DNA from: a virus
Taxonomy: Duplodnaviria > Caudoviricetes
Reading direction: 5' to 3' (one strand)
DNA length: 57,200 nucleotides
IMG/VR virus record: IMGVR_UViG_3300032331_001209
Span: 1-57,200 of that record
In this document: positions 51,185 to 57,200 of the stretch, piece by piece
Position numbering within the stretch: position 1 is the stretch's first letter
Layout of the letters: each line of letters opens with the position of its first letter
Program-made: the position numbers and the translations under genes
Notes under the pieces: generated by a model
Databases searched by the model: none
What the model was told of the DNA's origin: nothing
Seen by the model: the letters and a program-made list of their open reading frames with translations, nothing else

Positions 51185-54100
51185 TCACGGGTTGTACGGG
51201 GCAGGCTTGGTGGCCGGGTCACGGGTCGAGCGGGTGCGCCCTCGGTCCATCGGGAGCCCGGGGAGGCGGTAGCGATCCACCGCCGAGTAGCCCTCACCGT
51301 AGCCCGTGGGAGAGTTGAGGCCCGTGAGGGTCACCCCGTCTATGGTCGTGACGGGCGTCCCGTAGACGGCTTGGGTGAACACGAGCATCTGGATCTCGTC
51401 GCCCTCGGTGCGGGTCGTGGCCGAAGCCTCCTCAAAGTAGTTCCGCACGAGCACCGCTTTGCACGCCAGCACCGCCCCCTTGAGGACGGGTTGCGCCGCC
51501 GCGCCGAAGGAGTCCACCGCCCACGTCACGGGTCCGCCCGGGGCCACCCCCGAGAGGACGAAGCCCGCGCCGCCACCACGGTAGATGCGGAACACCTTGG
51601 AGCCCGACGGACCCGTGGTGTACGGGACGTACTGGAGGATCGCCCCGTCGGTCATCGAGAGCACCGTCCCGGGCTCGCCCAAGAATCGGCTGTACTCCGT
51701 GCCGCCGCTGGTGAGGGGGAGGGTCTCGTACACGGCCCGGAGGCTCCCTTGGTACGACCGCAGGGAGGTCGCCCCGTCGCCCAAGATGTTCTCCGCGAGG
51801 AAGTCCGAGTCCGACACCAAGATCCCCAGCGGCAACCGCTCCGTCATCCCCGTGAGAGAAATGATCGAGTTGCCGTTCCCGGCATTCGCGGGGATGTTGC
51901 GACCACCCACGAAGAACGCCGCCGTGCGCGGCGGGGAGTTCCCGCTCTGGACGAAGGCCGTGGAGGCGATGTCCCCCGTGAACAACGTGGTGAACTGGAT
52001 GTTGATACTGGCGAGGACGTTGCCCGGAATCCGAAGGGTGACGCCCACCACCGCCCCGTTGGCCGACGCCGAGAAGTAGGGCGACAGGTTTGAGTCACCA
52101 TTGATGAGAGAGGCAAGCTCCGAGGCGTAATCGGCGTTGTCTACCGCCGACGCTACGGCGACCGTCACGGCCACGGGCATCCCTTCCGCGTACAGGGTCA
52201 CCGAGAGGCCGTTCGCCAAGGCGACCGCGTAGTCGAGAACTTGAAACGTCGCCGCGCCGAAGGTGCGAAGCTCGGCGTAGGGGTCGGTCGCCAAGCCCGT
52301 GTTCTGACCCGCCGTGAACGCACGGGGCAGCACCCTCCACGGAAGCTGAAGAGGGTCGTTGGGGATGCGGGACTTGCCTTGAAGGTTGCGAGCGTTCGGG
52401 TCGATGTACCCACAGTCGAGGGCCGTGTTGGTGTACATCTGCCCGCCGATCTTGCCCGTGCCCAGCGTCGTGTAGAAGTCCATCGTCGCCAGCACCTCGA
52501 TGGCGCGGGGGTTCGGCGTCTGGATGAGGCTCTGATTGATAGGCACCCCGACGTTGTAGGCGTCGCTCTGCGGGATCTGCCCGTAGCGGGAGCCGTAGTC
52601 GCCGGGTTGCAGCGGCCCCGATGCGGTCGTCTGGTACGGGTTGCCTTGGTACACCGTGCGCCCGTACACCTCGTAGGGCGTCGAGCCCGAGGGCGGGGCG
52701 AACGGGAGGATCATCTTGACCCCACCCGAGAGCTCCCTGTTGGTGGTCGTCGTGACCGTGGACCCGTTCCCGGCGTGCGCCCGAGCGAGCACCCAGTTGT
52801 TCTTGTTGATGAAGCCCTCGCCAAACCCGAAGACCACGCACTCGACGACGTAGTCGAAGTCGTCGAAGGTGTTGCCCGCGACGTAGGTGGGGATGCGCGT
52901 GATGTCGAAGGCCGTGTCGGGGACGATGTATGTGTGCGAGTCGCTCTGGTTCGTGAAGGTGTTGGCCCCACCTTGCCGGATGAAGAGGGTCTGCTTGGTG
53001 GCGTCCTCGCGGAGGAGGTTGACCGGGGGGTTCACGATGGGCGTGATGCGGTCAGAGTTCAGAAACGCTCCGACGTTGGTGTTTCCGGCCATCTTGGTGA
53101 CGAAGTCGTTGTACTCGTACACACCATAGACGCGGGCGATGCCGAGGTACGGAGGTAGCTCCACGCCCTTGAGCCCCGTGCCGAGGTCAGAACTCACCAC
53201 GTCGGTGAGGGTGACCTTCCGTGCTGCGTAGCCGCTATGGTCGGTGGTCACCACGCTGACGTTGGTGCCGTAGTCGTTCGGGTTGAGCGTCGAGGGCCGG
53301 GTGACCATGAGGACCGACAGGACGCCCGGTGCCGTGCCGTTGTCCAACCCACCGACGATGTAGAACACGTCGTCGGTCGGCGTCGGGCCGTCCGCGAACA
53401 GGTGGTTGATCCCCGGGTACACGGGGTCCGTCGTGCCCGTGCGGGTGTGGTACGGGATGTCCTGCCGTCCGAAGCGAGGCATGAACTCCGGGGGCACCGC
53501 GTAGGCGGCGGTCAGCGCCGACTGGAAAATGTTGAGCGCGTTCTTGTGGTTGCTGTTCGGGTAGTTGGCAAGGCCGACGAGCGTGGGTCCGGGCACCGAG
53601 TCTGGGACGTTGAACCCCTTCATGATCGAGGTCAACGCCGTGAACGGGCGGAAGATCACGGTCTTGCTGCCGAGGTCCACGAAGAGTTCTGCCTCGCGGT
53701 CCTGCTCCGTGAGGCCCACCACCTCGCCGCCGAAGTCCGTCGTCCACGGGGCGGCGATGCCCCGGTTCGGGAGTCGGTTCCAGAGTTGAACCTGCGTGGG
53801 CTCGTACACGGGCGTCCCGTCCGGGTAGCCCGTGTCCGTGATGAACTGCGAGTCCGTCACGGAAGCCGGGGTCCGCACGAACTCCGCAGGGGCGTTGGCC
53901 ACGGCGAAGCGAGTGATTCGGTCGGGCACGCGAGGAGACGACCCGTGGTTCGGAGCCCAGAGGAGGTCCATCGTGAGGGTGGCCTTGGAAGCCACAGGGA
54001 CGAGCTTGGCCGGGGATGAACCGTCTTCCTCCAGCGGTTGGGAAACATCCCCCCACGGGGTCGTGTTGCTGTACCGAGTGGTGTTGGTGCCTTGGAGGTC

Positions 54101-56644
54101 GGTGAGCACCACGGCGATGCCGTGCGGCGGGTTGGTCAGACCGTTGTCGTCCTCGGCGTTGATCACCATCGAACGGAACTCGATGGTGATCGTGTTCGTG
54201 GACACAACAAAATCATCGAAGTCCGACGAGAGCGGGCGGACGACGACGCTGGTCGAGTTGCTGGCGAGGTTCTGTGTGTATGCACCCCCCGTAGCTGCAC
54301 TCGTGCCCGCACCGATCACTTGGAACGCCCCGTTGTTGTCCCGGTTGTCCTTGTCGCCGTAGACGACGACGTACATCCGTGACGAGGCACCCGTGAAGTC
54401 CGCGTAGTCGTCCGAGAGATACCCCCGAAGGTTCCCGTCGCGGCCAAGCTGGAGCGCGAAGGTGTTCCAGTCGATGGTCCCGGTGTCGATCTCAAACACC
54501 CCACCATTGTTCACCAGCGTCCCGGTGACGACGAGCCCCGTGAGCCGCAGCGCCGGGTTGAGCACCCCGCCGAGAACGATGAACGGACGCTCAAAGTTCG
54601 ACGAGGCCAGCGGGAACATCGGGCCGGGGTTGTTGCTGTAGGTGGGTGTCCCGTACCCGCTGTTGGGCGTGGTCATGTACCCAGCACGGTAGGCGTTCGT
54701 ATCCTCCGTGGGGCCACCCGTGGGGAGGTTGCCACTCACGCCACCGATGAAGCGCAGCGCCCAAGGGTGGTGCGAAGAGAACTCGTTGTCCCCGGCTCGC
54801 CACGTCTCCTTGGGAGACAGGAACCGCACGGCCTGCTGGTTGTTGAGGATGCCTCCCCGAGCGCCTTGAAGACCGTTCGCCCCGCCGATGTCCACGAAGA
54901 TCACCGAGCCGTTGGCCCAGCCCTTGGCCGCACCACCGAAGTTCATGAACCCGTTGGGCTGGAACCCCGCCCCGACGGTCCACTGCGCGGCGATGTCCGC
55001 GTCGAAGGTCGTGGTCGTGATGTGCGTGTTGGTGTTGAGGGCCGCTTGGTCGTTGAGGATGACCGTCACGTCGCTCTGGAGGGCGGCGCTGTCGCTCCAC
55101 ACGGTGCGGATGCCGTTCGCCCCGTCCACTTGGGCGACGTGGTTCGGGGGCGTAGCCGTCGCGCTGAAGTAGCTGACCTCCGTGGTCACCGGGCCGATGG
55201 TGTCGCCCCCCGTGCCCGACTCCTTGAACGCCGTGCGGAGGTTGTTCTGGATGAGGGCCGAGATGCCCTTCTGGAGAAGTCGGGTGTAGTCCCAGTCCCC
55301 GAAGTTGACCGAGCGCCTCATGTCGAGGATGTCGGTCGGAGCGATCTGGTCGGCGTACAGGTTGTCGGGACGGCTGTTGTAGAGGGACACCGTGGTCCCT
55401 GCCGGGTGTTGCCGAGCCATCGTGCCGCCGCGCCCGCGCCCCGCGAGGTCGATGAAGATGTCGTTCGGGTGAGCACCGTGAGCACCGGGGGCGGTGTTGA
55501 GGTTGATGGCGATGATCTCTTGGTCGAGCCCCGAGCCCAGCACGAGGTAGCGGCGCAGGGTGCCTACCGGGAACAGGTTGGGGTCACCGAGGGCCGAGGC
55601 GGCGTAGTTCGTGAGAGTGACCCACTGCGTGGTCGTCTCCGACAGGTCGTTGGCAAGCGTGGCTTGGGCGAGGAGCGTCGCGCCCGTGCGGGGGTCCACG
55701 AGCCCGTGCGAGCTTGGGGTGCGCTCGTCCGCGCCGTTCTGGTTCGGGTTGCCGCCCGAGGTGACCGCCGTGAACGCTCCCGTGTTGCGCCGGAACACCC
55801 CGCAGATCGGGATGGCGTAGACGTAGCCGTCCACGGTGCCGAGGGCATTGGCGGGATCGCCGTCGCCAGCACGCCAGAGGGAGGGGTCACCAAGCTGATC
55901 CCTCATGTTGGCGAAGGTGAAGCCACCCACGGGGCTCCCAGCCGTGCCCTGTCCGAGAACTTGGGGGTCCGTCAGCCCGTCCGGGTAGTTGAGGAGGTCG
56001 ATGGAGACGCCCGCCGTGTCACCGCTGCCCACCACCCGGATGCGGTACTGAAGCTGGACGCGCTTGGTGGTCTCAAACCCGATGGCCGGGTCTTCCATCT
56101 GGTCGGGGACGTTGAAGCCGTTGTACTGCGTGTTGCCGTACTTCCAGAGTTCCGTGGACGAGGGCTTGTTGGTGGTAGAGGGCGTGGGCGACACCAACGT
56201 CTGCCACACCTCAAGGAACACGAAGTCCGTGCGGGCGTCCGACGTGGGCGGCGGGTACAGGCGGATGCGGTTGGCCGTGGTGTCGAAGCCACCACCTTCC
56301 GGCATGTCCGTGCCCGCCACGGGGATCACCCAGCCGTTGACCACCGCGTACATGGGCGAGGCGTCCTCGACGTTGCCGAGCACGTCCAGCGGAGGCGAGA
56401 GGATGAACTGGTTCGCGTTCAGCGGGTCCGTGATGTAGTCGGCCTCGCAGCGGGTCGGGTCGAGATAGAAGCCCGAGTGAACCTGTGCCCGCACCATCTG
56501 GGCGAGGTTCTCCCACTCCACCTGCGACATGAGGTTGAGCTCGCTGTCGAGCGGGGGCTTGTCAGCCTGCCAGACGACCGCCGAGAACTGCCTCGCAAGG
56601 GCAGAGAGGGTACGCGAAACTCCCGGTCCAAAACTCTCGGGCAT
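51185..56644 (-). CDS. Very large baseplate/tail-fibre structural protein, paralog of 8938-12186
   Basis: 1819 aa, G/T/N-rich; N-terminal VVWQADKPPLDSELNL and shared blocks with the 1082-aa protein. Confidence 0.75.
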   Translation of the reverse strand: MPESFGPGVSRTLSALARQFSAVVWQADKPPLDSELNLMSQVEWENLAQMVRAQVHSGFYLDPTRCEADYITDPLNANQFILSPPLDVLGNVEDASPMYAVVNGWVIPVAGTDMPEGGGFDTTANRIRLYPPPTSDARTDFVFLEVWQTLVSPTPSTTNKPSSTELWKYGNTQYNGFNVPDQMEDPAIGFETTKRVQLQYRIRVVGSGDTAGVSIDLLNYPDGLTDPQVLGQGTAGSPVGGFTFANMRDQLGDPSLWRAGDGDPANALGTVDGYVYAIPICGVFRRNTGAFTAVTSGGNPNQNGADERTPSSHGLVDPRTGATLLAQATLANDLSETTTQWVTLTNYAASALGDPNLFPVGTLRRYLVLGSGLDQEIIAINLNTAPGAHGAHPNDIFIDLAGRGRGGTMARQHPAGTTVSLYNSRPDNLYADQIAPTDILDMRRSVNFGDWDYTRLLQKGISALIQNNLRTAFKESGTGGDTIGPVTTEVSYFSATATPPNHVAQVDGANGIRTVWSDSAALQSDVTVILNDQAALNTNTHITTTTFDADIAAQWTVGAGFQPNGFMNFGGAAKGWANGSVIFVDIGGANGLQGARGGILNNQQAVRFLSPKETWRAGDNEFSSHHPWALRFIGGVSGNLPTGGPTEDTNAYRAGYMTTPNSGYGTPTYSNNPGPMFPLASSNFERPFIVLGGVLNPALRLTGLVVTGTLVNNGGVFEIDTGTIDWNTFALQLGRDGNLRGYLSDDYADFTGASSRMYVVVYGDKDNRDNNGAFQVIGAGTSAATGGAYTQNLASNSTSVVVRPLSSDFDDFVVSTNTITIEFRSMVINAEDDNGLTNPPHGIAVVLTDLQGTNTTRYSNTTPWGDVSQPLEEDGSSPAKLVPVASKATLTMDLLWAPNHGSSPRVPDRITRFAVANAPAEFVRTPASVTDSQFITDTGYPDGTPVYEPTQVQLWNRLPNRGIAAPWTTDFGGEVVGLTEQDREAELFVDLGSKTVIFRPFTALTSIMKGFNVPDSVPGPTLVGLANYPNSNHKNALNIFQSALTAAYAVPPEFMPRFGRQDIPYHTRTGTTDPVYPGINHLFADGPTPTDDVFYIVGGLDNGTAPGVLSVLMVTRPSTLNPNDYGTNVSVVTTDHSGYAARKVTLTDVVSSDLGTGLKGVELPPYLGIARVYGVYEYNDFVTKMAGNTNVGAFLNSDRITPIVNPPVNLLREDATKQTLFIRQGGANTFTNQSDSHTYIVPDTAFDITRIPTYVAGNTFDDFDYVVECVVFGFGEGFINKNNWVLARAHAGNGSTVTTTTNRELSGGVKMILPFAPPSGSTPYEVYGRTVYQGNPYQTTASGPLQPGDYGSRYGQIPQSDAYNVGVPINQSLIQTPNPRAIEVLATMDFYTTLGTGKIGGQMYTNTALDCGYIDPNARNLQGKSRIPNDPLQLPWRVLPRAFTAGQNTGLATDPYAELRTFGAATFQVLDYAVALANGLSVTLYAEGMPVAVTVAVASAVDNADYASELASLINGDSNLSPYFSASANGAVVGVTLRIPGNVLASINIQFTTLFTGDIASTAFVQSGNSPPRTAAFFVGGRNIPANAGNGNSIISLTGMTERLPLGILVSDSDFLAENILGDGATSLRSYQGSLRAVYETLPLTSGGTEYSRFLGEPGTVLSMTDGAILQYVPYTTGPSGSKVFRIYRGGGAGFVLSGVAPGGPVTWAVDSFGAAAQPVLKGAVLACKAVLVRNYFEEASATTRTEGDEIQMLVFTQAVYGTPVTTIDGVTLTGLNSPTGYGEGYSAVDRYRLPGLPMDRGRTRSTRDPATKPAPYNP

Positions 56645-56654
56645 GGGACACCTT

Positions 56655-57200
56655 TCAGAACATCACCGCATAGGCGGCGAGGTAGACCTTGAACGGGTTG
56701 TGATTCACGAACGCCAACCGAATCAGCGTCCCGGGGTCACACGTTACACAGGGGGATAGACGGGTTACGGGAGTGTAGCCCGCGCCGTCGTTGACCGAGA
56801 GAAAGCACTCGATCATCGTCTGGTCCATCTCGACCAAGTTCTTGATGGCGGAAGTGTTCTCCCCGGTGGAGTAGTTCATCACGTCGTCGCTCACCGACAT
56901 CTGGTACACCTTCCAGTACACCAAGAAGCTCTTGGCTCCGAGCCCCCCGGTGAGCGGGCCGATGTCGATGGTGTCCGTGACGATGAGCCCCGGCTTGGGC
57001 GCGAAGGCGTACAGGTTCGCGGGCAGCAGGGCCACGGAGCCGGGGGCTACTCCAGAGCCACCTCCCGTCTGGAACCGCACGGGCCACGACTGCGCCGGGG
57101 GTCCGGGGTCGAACGGGAACGTCGCCGTGGCGTCGAGGAGGGCGATGTCCGTCGAGGTGAGCAGGGCGTTGTAGACGGTGTGTCGGTAACCCGGGAAAGC
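56655..57200 (-). CDS. Putative structural protein (5' end outside the window)
   Basis: Frame stays open from 57200 (AFPGYRHTVYN...) to the stop at 56655. Confidence 0.65.
   Translation of the reverse strand, partial: AFPGYRHTVYNALLTSTDIALLDATATFPFDPGPPAQSWPVRFQTGGGSGVAPGSVALLPANLYAFAPKPGLIVTDTIDIGPLTGGLGAKSFLVYWKVYQMSVSDDVMNYSTGENTSAIKNLVEMDQTMIECFLSVNDGAGYTPVTRLSPCVTCDPGTLIRLAFVNHNPFKVYLAAYAVMF

Noticed and set aside
1-57200. CRISPR array, tRNA/rRNA genes, integrase/transposase, reverse transcriptase/DGR, stop-codon recoding
   Set aside because: No regularly spaced repeats, cloverleaf-sized gaps or relevant motifs seen by eye; recognised genes are full length under the standard code and end in TAA, TAG and TGA.

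Overview
High-GC segment of a large contractile-tailed (myovirus/jumbo-type) phage genome, mostly encoded on the minus strand. It holds a baseplate/tail block (gp25-like, baseplate J-like, tail-I-like wedge, three very large fibre-like proteins), a replication block (SNF2 helicase, DnaC-like loader, DnaB helicase, stand-alone CHC2 primase zinc finger, family A DNA polymerase) and accessory genes (PIN-PhoH, thymidine kinase, DNA methyltransferase, thermonuclease, two GIY-YIG nucleases, tandem cold-shock protein). I saw no tRNA, rRNA or CRISPR array. The most striking unexplained pattern is a putative virion-cargo addressing and processing system. Four dispersed genes with unrelated bodies share a ~30-aa N-terminal leader (LRSKxIRLAHxxPxLRxHLLPLLK-T/E-A). 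Two multidomain polyprotein-like proteins have domains joined by (K/R)-x-A and RVAxxY-type linkers. An Ntn-hydrolase has its catalytic Cys directly after MDRLA. All of these lie behind a shared bipartite upstream motif (GyTw-N5-yCTATm) that also precedes structural genes. A second motif (GGGCG-TAAnnT, often supplying the upstream gene's stop codon) precedes replication genes at leaderless-mRNA spacing. A recombination scar with duplicated flanks surrounds the methyltransferase. All family assignments come from motif recognition by eye, not database searches.
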